Positions 17,620 through 29,255 of a DNA stretch of 40,375 bases are shown one piece after another. The stretch's first letter is position 1; each line of letters begins with the position of its first letter. The translations under genes were made by a program, and so were the position numbers. The stretch is from Candidatus Uhrbacteria bacterium (GTDB taxonomy: Bacteria; Patescibacteriota; Patescibacteriia; UBA9934; GWF2-40-263). The notes beneath the pieces were generated by a model. That model worked only from the letters and a program-made list of their open reading frames with translations. It had not been told where the DNA came from and ran no database searches. Where the stretch lies: positions 1-40,375 of the forward strand of contig JACRJW010000078.1 in NCBI GenBank assembly GCA_016235605.1, given 5' to 3'.

Positions 17620-18597
17620 ATGAATTCTCCGTTTCTCCTTCCATCTTCTGTTTGTCATGTGCACGGCACGGAACCAGGGCCACGCGTGGTTGTGTTCGGC
17701 GGAACGCACGGAGATGAGACAATGGGCGTACAGGTGGTGCACAACATCCTGGAAGCGCTTGGATCTCCAGAGGGCGCGCCCACGGGGCAGATCACTTCTA
17801 CTTTCGTGAAAGGTGATCTCTTTTTAGGAATTGGAAATCCCGAGGCCGTCGCGTTAGGCAAACGCAGTGTCAGTGGAATCCGTGACCTGAATCGATGTTT
17901 CCATGAGACGTTTTTTAGCAGTCCTGAAGCCTTGAGGATTCCCGACCAGCAACGCGCGGCAGAACTCAAGGATTTGTTGGCGAGCGCTGATTATTTTTTT
18001 GATCTGCATTCCGTGACGGCAAAAGAAACCATTCCTTTCGTGGGACTCACGACGTTTTCTCCTCGACACGCCGAAGTGTGTCGGTCTATTCCCGTCCATC
18101 ACATCCTCGACGTTCAGGCGATCCTTGGACAGGACGTTGGGCTCGCGATCGCCGAGCTCACGCAGACGCCCACGACCTGTTCTTGGGTGAACCGTCATGG
18201 TGGTGTTGGGCTGGCCTATGAAATGGGTTATCAGGAAGATGCCGCATCCGTGCCGAGTGCTACGGCAGTGATCGTCAACTTACTCGTAAAGGTCGGTGTA
18301 GTCCACGGGAGGCTTCGGGAGATTTTGAAGGTTGATCGAGAACAAATAGACTCTGTGCCAGACCAACGTGTCTATCGTCTCGTGCATTGCGAGCGTAATC
18401 GTTTCCATGGGTTTCACTATGCACATCCCCGCTACACGCAAAGTTTTGCATCTGTGAAAGCTGGCGAGTTGATCGGTCAGTACGAGGATGGAGAAAAAGT
18501 GTGTGCCACTCATGAAGGTCTTCTTGCGTTTCCCGCAGGAGAGCAGACACTCACCAACAATCAAAGTCTTTTTTATCTTGCGGTACCCGTCTCATGA
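17620..18597 (+). CDS. Succinylglutamate desuccinylase/aspartoacylase (AstE/AspA, M14-like) family hydrolase
   Basis: GGTHGDE, GNPEA, RDLNRCF, DLHS, catalytic YEMG; true start at ATG 17620, not 17164. Confidence 0.88.
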   Translation: MNSPFLLPSSVCHVHGTEPGPRVVVFGGTHGDETMGVQVVHNILEALGSPEGAPTGQITSTFVKGDLFLGIGNPEAVALGKRSVSGIRDLNRCFHETFFSSPEALRIPDQQRAAELKDLLASADYFFDLHSVTAKETIPFVGLTTFSPRHAEVCRSIPVHHILDVQAILGQDVGLAIAELTQTPTTCSWVNRHGGVGLAYEMGYQEDAASVPSATAVIVNLLVKVGVVHGRLREILKVDREQIDSVPDQRVYRLVHCERNRFHGFHYAHPRYTQSFASVKAGELIGQYEDGEKVCATHEGLLAFPAGEQTLTNNQSLFYLAVPVS

Positions 18598-18622
18598 ACG
18601 TGGCAGAGCCTTTTCGCGCCAG

Positions 18623-18651
18623 TTGACGCATTTTTGAATCAGGAATAGGGT
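18623..18651 (+). promoter_or_regulatory. Putative sigma70 promoter
   Basis: TTGACG-17-TAGGGT, then GGAGG SD before GTG 18677. Confidence 0.5.
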
Positions 18652-18676
18652 TGAGGCGCCCAATAACGGAGGGCCT

Positions 18677-19927
18677 GTGTCAAAAGATCTTCCTGCCGTT
18701 TCGCCAGAAACCTTCTCCCTTCACGGCGGCTACGATCCCGCACGTAGTGAGGGTGCGGTGAAGCCTCCATTGTTCGCTACTTCCACGTTCGCGGTCAAGA
18801 CGGCCGTGGAGCTCGCAGGATGGTTCCGGCAGGCGTACGGCCTGGATGGCAAGCCCCCCAGTGCGCCCGACGGGCTCATCTACTCGCGCCTCGTGAATCC
18901 CGACCTGCAGATTTTCGAGGAGCGCTGGTCGGTGTACGAGGGCGCGGAGCAGTCCGCTCTGTGCGCGAGCGGCATGGCTGCCATTGTCACGGCGCTCCTT
19001 ACCTTGTGTCGGCCGGGTGATACGGTGCTCTACTCCGTCCCTGTCTACGGTGGGACGGACTACTTCATGGAGCACCTCCTTCCCGCGTTCAACATCCATA
19101 CGCAGTCGTTCCCGGTCACTGCCTCCGGTGAGGACGTGACCGCATTGATCGCTCAGTGTCAGCACGACGACCAAAAGGTGAAAGTCGTCTACCTCGAGTC
19201 GCCGGCCAACCCAACGCTTTCGCTCGCAGACGTGGGCGGAATCGCTCGGGCGGTGCATGCTCTGGGTGCATTGCGTCCAATGCTCGTCGTGGACAACACG
19301 GTGCTCGGACCTGTGTTCTATCGGCCGATGGAATTGGGCGCTGACCTCGTGGTCCATTCAGCCACCAAGTCGATTGGCGGGCACAGTGATCTCATCGCCG
19401 GCATCGTGTGCGGTTCCTCCGAGCTGATCGCTGGCGTGAAGGCGACGCGTACTATCTTCGGTACCATGGCCGACCCGCACACGGCATGGCTTCTGCTACG
19501 CAGCCTGGAGACCTACAAGGTACGTGTGGAAGCGGCCGAAAAGAAAGCCGAAAAGGTTGTCGCGTTCCTGCGTGTACATCCGACTGTGGAAGAAGTCTTC
19601 TTCCCGGACACGTGCGGCGGTGAACAGAGCGCATGCGCGCGCAGCCAGTGCTCGGGGCACGGGTCACTCCTTTCGTTCACGGTGCGCGGAGGCCGTGAAG
19701 CGGCGTACTGCGTGCTCGACCACCTGCGCGTGACGCGTCTGGCCGTGAGCCTGGGCAGCACCGAGTCGCTCGCCGAACATCCGCGCACGCACACCCATTC
19801 GGACATCACTCCTGCAGATCTCGACCGCTTCGGGATCACCGAGGGGATGATCCGTCTCTCCGTCGGTCTGGAAGATGCCGACGACATTATCGCCGATCTC
19901 GCGCAGGCGCTGAACGAACTGCTCTAA
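18677..19927 (+). CDS. Cys/Met metabolism PLP enzyme (methionine gamma-lyase / cystathionine gamma-lyase-synthase family)
   Basis: YSRLVNP, SGMAAI, YGGT, ESPANP, VDNT, HSATKSIGGHSD (PLP Lys), AVSLG, IRLSVGLED. Confidence 0.92.
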   Translation: MSKDLPAVSPETFSLHGGYDPARSEGAVKPPLFATSTFAVKTAVELAGWFRQAYGLDGKPPSAPDGLIYSRLVNPDLQIFEERWSVYEGAEQSALCASGMAAIVTALLTLCRPGDTVLYSVPVYGGTDYFMEHLLPAFNIHTQSFPVTASGEDVTALIAQCQHDDQKVKVVYLESPANPTLSLADVGGIARAVHALGALRPMLVVDNTVLGPVFYRPMELGADLVVHSATKSIGGHSDLIAGIVCGSSELIAGVKATRTIFGTMADPHTAWLLLRSLETYKVRVEAAEKKAEKVVAFLRVHPTVEEVFFPDTCGGEQSACARSQCSGHGSLLSFTVRGGREAAYCVLDHLRVTRLAVSLGSTESLAEHPRTHTHSDITPADLDRFGITEGMIRLSVGLEDADDIIADLAQALNELL

Positions 19928-20014
19928 CCTACGCATGGTGCACTCACTGAGTGCGCTTTTCTTTTTGGGCCACACTCGACGCTCATGGAGATTTCCGCTA
20001 GGATACCCTCGCTT

Positions 20015-21814
20015 ATGGCTGATCAGTCTCGCATTCGAAACTTCTGCATCATTGCGCATATCGATCACGGAAAGTCGACCCTGGCGGATCGGCTTTTGGA
20101 GTTAACCGGCACGGTGGATAAGCGCAACATGAAGGCGCAGATTTTGGATTCTATGGATTTGGAGCGCGAGAAGGGGATTACGATTAAACTCACGCCGGCG
20201 AGGATGGGGTACAAGGATCACGTCTTGAATCTCATCGACACCCCGGGCCACGTCGATTTTACCTACGAGGTTTCGCGATCGCTGGCAGCTGTCGAAGGCG
20301 CGATTCTTCTTGTGGATGCGACGCAAGGTGTTCAGGCGCAGACGATTGGAAACTTGTATCTGGCGATGGAGGAAAATCTCGAGATCATTCCCGTCCTTAA
20401 CAAAATCGATTTGCCAGCGGCTGATGTCGACGCCCGTGCGGCGGAGCTTATGCAACTCATCGGTTGCAAGCGTGAGGAGATTTTGTGTGTGAGCGGGAAG
20501 ACGGGCGAGGGCGTGATGGAATTGCTCGATGCGATCGTCACGCGCATTCCACCTCCTGCTGGAAATCCCACCGCTCCAACACGCGCACTCATTTTTGATT
20601 CTTTCTATGACGACTACCGCGGGGTGATGGCGTATGTCCGTGTGGTGGACGGCGCACTGAAAAAAAGACAGAAGGTAAAGATGATCGCCACGCATTATCA
20701 GCTCGAACTTTTGGAAGTCGGCGCGGTGACGCCAAACGGCTTGGTTGCCGCCCCCACGCTTGAGTGCGGACAGATCGGATACGTGGTCACGGGACTCAAA
20801 GAGATTAGTGGATGTCGCGTGGGAGATACGATTTCCACTCTGTCACTCAACGACTCAACGACTCAACCACTTCCTGGTTACAAAGAAGTGAAACCCATGG
20901 TCTACGCTGGAGTTTTTCCGCGTGAGGGCGACGACTTTCACAAATTGCGCGAGGCGATGGAGCGACTCAAGTTGAATGACTCGGCGCTCATCTACGAGCC
21001 AGAGCATTCACCGGCGATTGGATATGGATTTCGGTGTGGGTTGCTTGGAATGTTGCATTTAGAGATTTTGAAGGAGCGGTTAGAGCGTGAGTTCAACTTG
21101 AGCCTTGTGGTGACCGTGCCATCGGTTGGGTATGAAGTTGTTTTGCGCAGCAGGGAGACGCGGATCATCAAGTCTCCACTGGAGTTGCCCGACCCTTCAC
21201 ACATCGAACAGATCCGTGAGCCGTGGGTGAAACTCGATCTCGTGTCGCCGTCCGAATACATCGGCTCCATTATGACACTCATGCAAGAGTGGCGCGGCGT
21301 GTATACGACGACCGAGTATCTTTCTGGTGACCGCGCGATTTTGCATTATGAAATCCCACTCTCGATGGTGATCGTTGATTTTTACGATAAGCTGAAGAGT
21401 GTGACGGCGGGCTACGCGTCCATGAACTACGAGGTGATCGGCTATCGTGTGGCCGACGTGGTGCGCATGGACATGTTGGTTGCAGAGGAAGCCGTGGATG
21501 CGTTTGCGACGCTTGTGTATCGCGATGAGGCCGAGAAAACAGGTCGGCGTATGGCGACCATTTTGAAGGACTCGATACCAAAGGAAAATTTTGTCATCAA
21601 AATTCAAGCGGCCGTGGGAGGAAAGATCGTGGCGTCGGAGCGAATCTCGGCGATGCGCAAGGATGTGACTGCTGGGCTTTACGGGGGTGATGTGACACGC
21701 AAACGGAAATTGCTCGAGAAACAAAAGAAAGGAAAGGCAAAGATGGCGGCGCTGGGCAAAGGCAAGGTGAGTATCCCCACGGAGGCATATCTAAAAGTAT
21801 TGAAAAGGGAATAA
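20015..21814 (+). CDS. lepA: Elongation factor 4 (LepA)
   Basis: IRNFCIIAHIDHGKSTLADR, DTPGHVDF, NKID, GLLGMLH, RKDVTAGLYGGDVTRKRKLLEKQK. Confidence 0.98.
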   Translation: MADQSRIRNFCIIAHIDHGKSTLADRLLELTGTVDKRNMKAQILDSMDLEREKGITIKLTPARMGYKDHVLNLIDTPGHVDFTYEVSRSLAAVEGAILLVDATQGVQAQTIGNLYLAMEENLEIIPVLNKIDLPAADVDARAAELMQLIGCKREEILCVSGKTGEGVMELLDAIVTRIPPPAGNPTAPTRALIFDSFYDDYRGVMAYVRVVDGALKKRQKVKMIATHYQLELLEVGAVTPNGLVAAPTLECGQIGYVVTGLKEISGCRVGDTISTLSLNDSTTQPLPGYKEVKPMVYAGVFPREGDDFHKLREAMERLKLNDSALIYEPEHSPAIGYGFRCGLLGMLHLEILKERLEREFNLSLVVTVPSVGYEVVLRSRETRIIKSPLELPDPSHIEQIREPWVKLDLVSPSEYIGSIMTLMQEWRGVYTTTEYLSGDRAILHYEIPLSMVIVDFYDKLKSVTAGYASMNYEVIGYRVADVVRMDMLVAEEAVDAFATLVYRDEAEKTGRRMATILKDSIPKENFVIKIQAAVGGKIVASERISAMRKDVTAGLYGGDVTRKRKLLEKQKKGKAKMAALGKGKVSIPTEAYLKVLKRE

Positions 21815-21815
21815 C

Positions 21816-21926
21816 GACATCAGAGAAACCTCTAAATTTTCATCTCAGGTCTGTCCGACCCCACGCTGACTGTTATATGGGGCTCGCCAGACCGTTCAAC
21901 AAAAATTTAGAAGTTTCTCTCATGTC
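21816..21926. repeat. 111-bp element with 25-bp terminal inverted repeats (MITE-like or structured RNA)
   Basis: GACATCAGAGAAACCTCTAAATTTT and the reverse complement of 21902-21926 match 23/25; inner stems GGTCTG/CAGACC and CCCCA/TGGGG. Confidence 0.75.
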
Positions 21927-21933
21927 TAGGAGT

Positions 21934-23658
21934 ATGAAATGGACGGTCGCTGTGTCATTATCCGAAGCTGCACGCGCGTCGTTTCCAGAAATCGATCCGG
22001 TGTTGTTGCAGCTACTTTGGAATCGTGGAATGCGCACTCAGGAAGAGATTGATGTCTACCTTGGACCAGATTGGAGTCGGGATGCGTTTGCACCTGATCT
22101 TTTTTTGAGGATGAAGGAGGCGGTAGCTCGAGTTTTTCGATCGTTGGAGAGTGCGGAGGTCATCACCGTGCATGGCGACTATGATGCCGATGGTGTGTGT
22201 GGATCGGCGGTACTGCTCTCGACCCTGAGAGATATTTGTCGCGCACTGAGTTTTGATGAAAAAAAAGTAACGAGCTATATTCCGCATCGAGAAAAAGAAG
22301 GCTACGGGATGAGCGTCGGAACGATCGAACATCTGGGCGCACACGATCACACCAAGCTCGTGATCACGGTCGACTGCGGGATCAGCAACAAGCCGGCGAT
22401 TGGTCGAGGGCGAGAGCTTGGGATCGACACGATCGTCTGCGATCACCACACGATGCCCGCAGAACTTCCCGATGCGATCCTGATCCATCCACTCGTTCCT
22501 GGAGAAACGTATCCGAATAAGTTTTTGTGTGGAACCGGTGTGGCGTTCAAGCTCGCCAGCGCGCTTATCGAACAAGCCCGGCGACGAGGGGCGGCTTTTG
22601 TTGAAGGTCACGAGAAATGGCTGCTCGATTTGGTCGCGATCGCGACGGTGACAGACGTGATGCCGCTTACGGGAGAGAATCGTGTGTTGGAAAAATTCGG
22701 TTTGCTTGTTTTGAACAAGACCAAACGCAAGGGACTCGTGAAACTTCTTGAGGTTGCAGGGTCTACGATCGGTGAGCTCGACACAGTCTCGATTGGTTTT
22801 CAGATCGGTCCACGGTTGAACGCCGCGGGACGAATGACGCATGCGAGCGCGGCCCTTGAGCTTCTGTTGGAGGAAGACGATCTGCGTGCGACAACATTGG
22901 CGATGCAGCTGCACGAAACGAACATCGCGCGACAGAAAGCCTCACAGCAGATGTATGTGGAGGCGAAGGCACAGCTGGGCGATGTGAGCGGACAGAAGCT
23001 CCTTGTTGCCGTCCAGGATGGTTGGGGCGCGGGACTGGTTGGGCTGGTCGCAGGCAAGCTCCTGAACGAATATCATCGTCCGGTGCTCGTCGTCGGTCGA
23101 GATGGAGATACGTTTGTCGGCTCAGGTCGCAGTATCGAAGGGTTTGATGTGACTGCCGCGCTGCGAACGGCGAGTGAGTCCTTGGATAAATTTGGTGGTC
23201 ATCCCCAAGCGTGTGGATTTTCGGTGACCGGTGAGGAGCGATTTGCAAAGGCCGTCGAGGTCATGCAGGCGTTTGCGCAGGCGCAGATCGACGACGCTCT
23301 CCTGAGTCCATCGCTCAAGATCGATGCGGACATCCAGCTCGAGGATATCACGTGGAGGCTGTTTGAGCATGTGCAGAAGTTGCTCCCGTTTGGCACAGGC
23401 AATCCAAAGCCGCTGTTCATCTCCCGAGCGGTGAAAGTCGTGGCGTTCTCTGCCGTGGGAAAAGACGAGAGCCATCTCAAGCTGCGCGTTCAGTCAAAGG
23501 CTGGTAAAATAGTGGGCGCCATCGGTTTTCGTTTCGGCGAGTGGGTTTCCAAGTTGTCGCTTGGCTGCCCCATCGATCTTGTCTACGAGGTCGATGTAAA
23601 CGAATGGAACGGCAGTCGAGAGTTGCAGATTAAAATTGTCGATTTTGTATGCTCGTAA
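21934..23658 (+). CDS. recJ: Single-stranded DNA exonuclease RecJ
   Basis: GDYDADG, ITVDCG, CDHH, ATVTDVMPL, GPRLNAAGR, GSGRS, FGGHPQACG; start 21934 or 21922. Confidence 0.96.
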   Translation: MKWTVAVSLSEAARASFPEIDPVLLQLLWNRGMRTQEEIDVYLGPDWSRDAFAPDLFLRMKEAVARVFRSLESAEVITVHGDYDADGVCGSAVLLSTLRDICRALSFDEKKVTSYIPHREKEGYGMSVGTIEHLGAHDHTKLVITVDCGISNKPAIGRGRELGIDTIVCDHHTMPAELPDAILIHPLVPGETYPNKFLCGTGVAFKLASALIEQARRRGAAFVEGHEKWLLDLVAIATVTDVMPLTGENRVLEKFGLLVLNKTKRKGLVKLLEVAGSTIGELDTVSIGFQIGPRLNAAGRMTHASAALELLLEEDDLRATTLAMQLHETNIARQKASQQMYVEAKAQLGDVSGQKLLVAVQDGWGAGLVGLVAGKLLNEYHRPVLVVGRDGDTFVGSGRSIEGFDVTAALRTASESLDKFGGHPQACGFSVTGEERFAKAVEVMQAFAQAQIDDALLSPSLKIDADIQLEDITWRLFEHVQKLLPFGTGNPKPLFISRAVKVVAFSAVGKDESHLKLRVQSKAGKIVGAIGFRFGEWVSKLSLGCPIDLVYEVDVNEWNGSRELQIKIVDFVCS

Positions 23659-24053
23659 AAATTTTTACCGATGGAGGATCGCGGGGGAATCCGGGGCCGG
23701 CGGCGTCGGGAGCGGTGATTCAGTCTGCCGCAGGAGTGACGATCGCTCATGTCTCGAAATACTTGGGAAAGTCAACGAACAACCAGGCTGAGTACACGGC
23801 GATCATTATCGGACTCAAGAAGGCGCATGAGCTTGGTGCGACGTCGGTTTCGATGTTTATGGATTCTGAGCTCGCGTGCAAACAGTTAAACGGTGTGTAT
23901 CGCGTGAAGGATCCTGAGATCGCCAAACGGTTTTTGGAGATCAAAAACTTGATGCACCATTTTACACGAGTGACGTTCACCCACGTCCGCCGTGAGAAAA
24001 ACACACAAGCCGATGCGATTGTGAACAGGTGTTTGGATGCTCAGCATTGTTAG
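23649..24053 (+). CDS. rnhA: Ribonuclease HI family protein
   Basis: TDGGSRGNPG, TNNQAEY, DSEL, HVRREKN..AD. Confidence 0.92.
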   Translation: MLVKIFTDGGSRGNPGPAASGAVIQSAAGVTIAHVSKYLGKSTNNQAEYTAIIIGLKKAHELGATSVSMFMDSELACKQLNGVYRVKDPEIAKRFLEIKNLMHHFTRVTFTHVRREKNTQADAIVNRCLDAQHC

Positions 24054-24075
24054 CCGTGGTATACTGATGATCGTT

Positions 24076-25194
24076 ATGGGGCTCTTTGGGAAGAAAAAGC
24101 CAGACAGTTTTTTGGGGGTCGACATTGGAGCGAGCTCTGTTAAGGTTGTCGAGTTTGTAAACAAGAAAGGCCGCGCGACATTGCTGACGTATGGCTATGG
24201 TGAGCTTCCTACGGCTGAGGCAGGGGATACGTTGTTTGACAATCCCAAGGCTGCCGGCGAACTTCTTGCGTGTGTGTGTAAAGAATCTGGATGCACTTCC
24301 ACGGCCGTCATGGCAGCCCTGCCGACATCCAACGTCTTCTCGACGATCCTTTCCATTCCTGAAGTGAAAGACATGAGGCAGCGGCAATCGGTCGTGAATA
24401 CGGAAGTGGCAAAACTTTCACCGTTGCCACTGTCCGAGATGATCCTTCAGACGACGTTTTTGGACGATGTCGCCAAGCCTGACAAGAAAGCAGAAAAAAA
24501 GATCGGTGCCATCCCTGAGGCTCCCAAGGAAAAAGCAAAAGATTTTCGTGTCCTAGTCACCGGCGCCGCCAAGACGTTCATCCAGAAATACATCGAGACA
24601 TTCAAGGCGGCCAAGCTGAATTTGCAAGCGATTGATACGGAAGCCTTGGCGCTTGTGCGTTCGCTCGTGGGAAAGGACAAGGGCGCCATCCTGATGCTTG
24701 ATATCGGTTCCAAGCGCACGAACATCATCATCGTGGAGAAAGGGATTCCGTTTGTGTCACGTTCGATTACCATCGGCGGGAATACCGTTACCTCACAGTT
24801 GATGCGCACGATGGGGTTGTCGGAAATGGACGCGGATCGTGTGAAACGCGATCTTGGCATTGCGCCGAGGCAGGACACAGGCCTCGCCGGCGGGCTGCCA
24901 AAATTGCTTGAACCGATCATGCAACCGCTCTTAAACGAAATCCGTTACGCGTTTCAACTCTACGCCAACATGGAACTGGCACAGATCAAGAAGGTGGAAA
25001 AAATTATTGTGACCGGCGGATCCGCGCACCTCCCTCGCATCCCAGACTATCTCGCACAGATGTTGAATATGAACGTGTATCGAGGGGATCCGTGGGCGCG
25101 CGTGGTGTATCCGGCAGATCTTGCAAGCGTTTTGGAAGAGATCGGACCGCGGATGAGTGTAGCGGTTGGACTCGCGATGCGAGAAATGGATTAG
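24076..25194 (+). CDS. pilM: Type IV pilus assembly protein PilM
   Basis: GVDIGASSVKVVE, LDIG, IGG, VTGGSA, AVGLAMR (actin-like fold); TGGTATACT upstream. Confidence 0.9.
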   Translation: MGLFGKKKPDSFLGVDIGASSVKVVEFVNKKGRATLLTYGYGELPTAEAGDTLFDNPKAAGELLACVCKESGCTSTAVMAALPTSNVFSTILSIPEVKDMRQRQSVVNTEVAKLSPLPLSEMILQTTFLDDVAKPDKKAEKKIGAIPEAPKEKAKDFRVLVTGAAKTFIQKYIETFKAAKLNLQAIDTEALALVRSLVGKDKGAILMLDIGSKRTNIIIVEKGIPFVSRSITIGGNTVTSQLMRTMGLSEMDADRVKRDLGIAPRQDTGLAGGLPKLLEPIMQPLLNEIRYAFQLYANMELAQIKKVEKIIVTGGSAHLPRIPDYLAQMLNMNVYRGDPWARVVYPADLASVLEEIGPRMSVAVGLAMREMD

Positions 25195-25195
25195 T

Positions 25196-25573
25196 ATGGC
25201 ACGACCAAAAAAACGTAGTATCCTTTTGATCGATCAAGACGCCCATCTGCTGTCGATCTACGAGAAACGATTTGAGGCGGCAGGGTGGAAAGTGGCGAGT
25301 GCCAGAAGTTTTCCAGAGGGGAAAAAGCGGTTGGCGCGTTTGGTCCCAGACGCCATAGTGATGGATCTCCATCCTCTGGCAGGAGGGCTCATTTTCCTGG
25401 AGGATGCGTACAAAGATCCGCGCATGGCTTCCGTGGTTCGGGTGGTCCTCACGGACGTCGGTGATCGGCGGACGGTGAAAGAGGTCGAAGGGCTTGGCAT
25501 CAAAGCGTATGTGCTCAAAGGTCACGTTTCTCCCTCAGAGTTGATCAACAAAATTAAATCCTCCCTCGTATGA
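25196..25573 (+). CDS. Single-domain response regulator receiver
   Basis: ILLIDQD, PDAIVMDL (phospho-Asp), VLT, YVLK. Confidence 0.8.
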   Translation: MARPKKRSILLIDQDAHLLSIYEKRFEAAGWKVASARSFPEGKKRLARLVPDAIVMDLHPLAGGLIFLEDAYKDPRMASVVRVVLTDVGDRRTVKEVEGLGIKAYVLKGHVSPSELINKIKSSLV

Positions 25574-26073
25574 AAAATAAAAGAGGCTTTACGCTCGTCG
25601 AGATCTTAGTCATCGTGGCGATCATTGCACTGGTCACGACGTTCGCGGCTGTGGCCGTGAACTCTGCGCGTTCCAAACAGCGCGATGCCACACGGCTTTC
25701 CAATGTGCGCCAGATCCAGTCCGCGCTTGAGGACTCGTTTAACGAAACGAACACGTATCCAGACGGTACCCTTCTTCCGTTGGGGGATGCCACGCAGAGC
25801 GTCTGTCTTGGATCGAGCGGATTTTCTTCGGACTGCTCAAGCGAGGATTCTGTCTTTTTGCGCGTGGTGCCTGAGACCTACGAGGACGGACTGGACGGCA
25901 TCGTGACCTGTGGTGAACCGGCCCGCAGAGCGTTCTGTTATTCGGTGCGTGACGACGGCGATGCCTATGTGATTTATTTTGAACTCGAGAATGCTTTTTC
26001 TCCCGTTGGCCTACAAGCGGGCGTGAATTGTGCCACGCCGGATGGCATAGAAGCAGGAACGTGCAGTGATTAG
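25570..26073 (+). CDS. Type IV pilin / pseudopilin
   Basis: KRG|FTLVEILVIVAII class III signal; ARSKQRDATR; Cys-rich C-terminus. Confidence 0.92.
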   Translation: MKNKRGFTLVEILVIVAIIALVTTFAAVAVNSARSKQRDATRLSNVRQIQSALEDSFNETNTYPDGTLLPLGDATQSVCLGSSGFSSDCSSEDSVFLRVVPETYEDGLDGIVTCGEPARRAFCYSVRDDGDAYVIYFELENAFSPVGLQAGVNCATPDGIEAGTCSD

Positions 26074-26075
26074 GT

Positions 26076-28837
<2,762 letters not shown>

Positions 28838-28842
28838 TATAC

Positions 28843-28934
28843 AACCTTGAGCCTCGTCACGGCGCAGACCCTGCCGGTGCTCGCTGACGCTGCGCTGCCG
28901 ATCAGGGTCAGACGCCGTGCCACTCAAGTTTTTT
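28843..28934. other. Long interrupted intergenic hairpin between ligA and gatC
   Basis: Nested stems TTGAG/CTCAA, CACGGCG/CGCCGTG, GACCCTG/CAGGGTC, CGGT/GCCG, then T6. Confidence 0.7.
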
Positions 28935-28948
28935 GTTCGCCGTTACTT

Positions 28949-29254
28949 ATGAAATTTACTCGTGAAGAAATTCTCCAGATCGCCAAGCTCTCGCGTCTTC
29001 ATTTGGAAGAAGAAGAGGTTGAAGAATACCGTGAGTCCCTCGGCTCGATTTTGGATTACGTGGCGAAGCTTCAGGAGTTGAATACCGATGACGTGCCAGA
29101 ATTACAGCACGCGGCGAAAATGGAGAACGTCTTTCGAGAAGATGTGGTGGAAGGATGTGATGCCGATGTTCGACGTCGCGCGATTGAGAATTTTACAAAC
29201 AAGGAAGGGGATCTTCTAAAAGTCCAAGCGGTGTTTGAGGGACGCACAGAATAA
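28949..29254 (+). CDS. gatC: Asp/Glu-tRNA amidotransferase subunit C
   Basis: IAKLSRL, ILDYVAKLQELNTDDV, NVFRED; directly upstream of gatA. Confidence 0.93.
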   Translation: MKFTREEILQIAKLSRLHLEEEEVEEYRESLGSILDYVAKLQELNTDDVPELQHAAKMENVFREDVVEGCDADVRRRAIENFTNKEGDLLKVQAVFEGRTE

Positions 29255-29255
29255 T

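Noticed and set aside
16397-17722. 441-aa antisense ORF and the 17164 extension of the AstE-like ORF
   Set aside because: Shadow frames produced by the GC-rich codon bias of metK
22012-22914. 300-aa antisense ORF inside recJ, and similar antisense ORFs in other core genes
   Set aside because: No motifs, and fully overlapped by well-supported genes on the opposite strand
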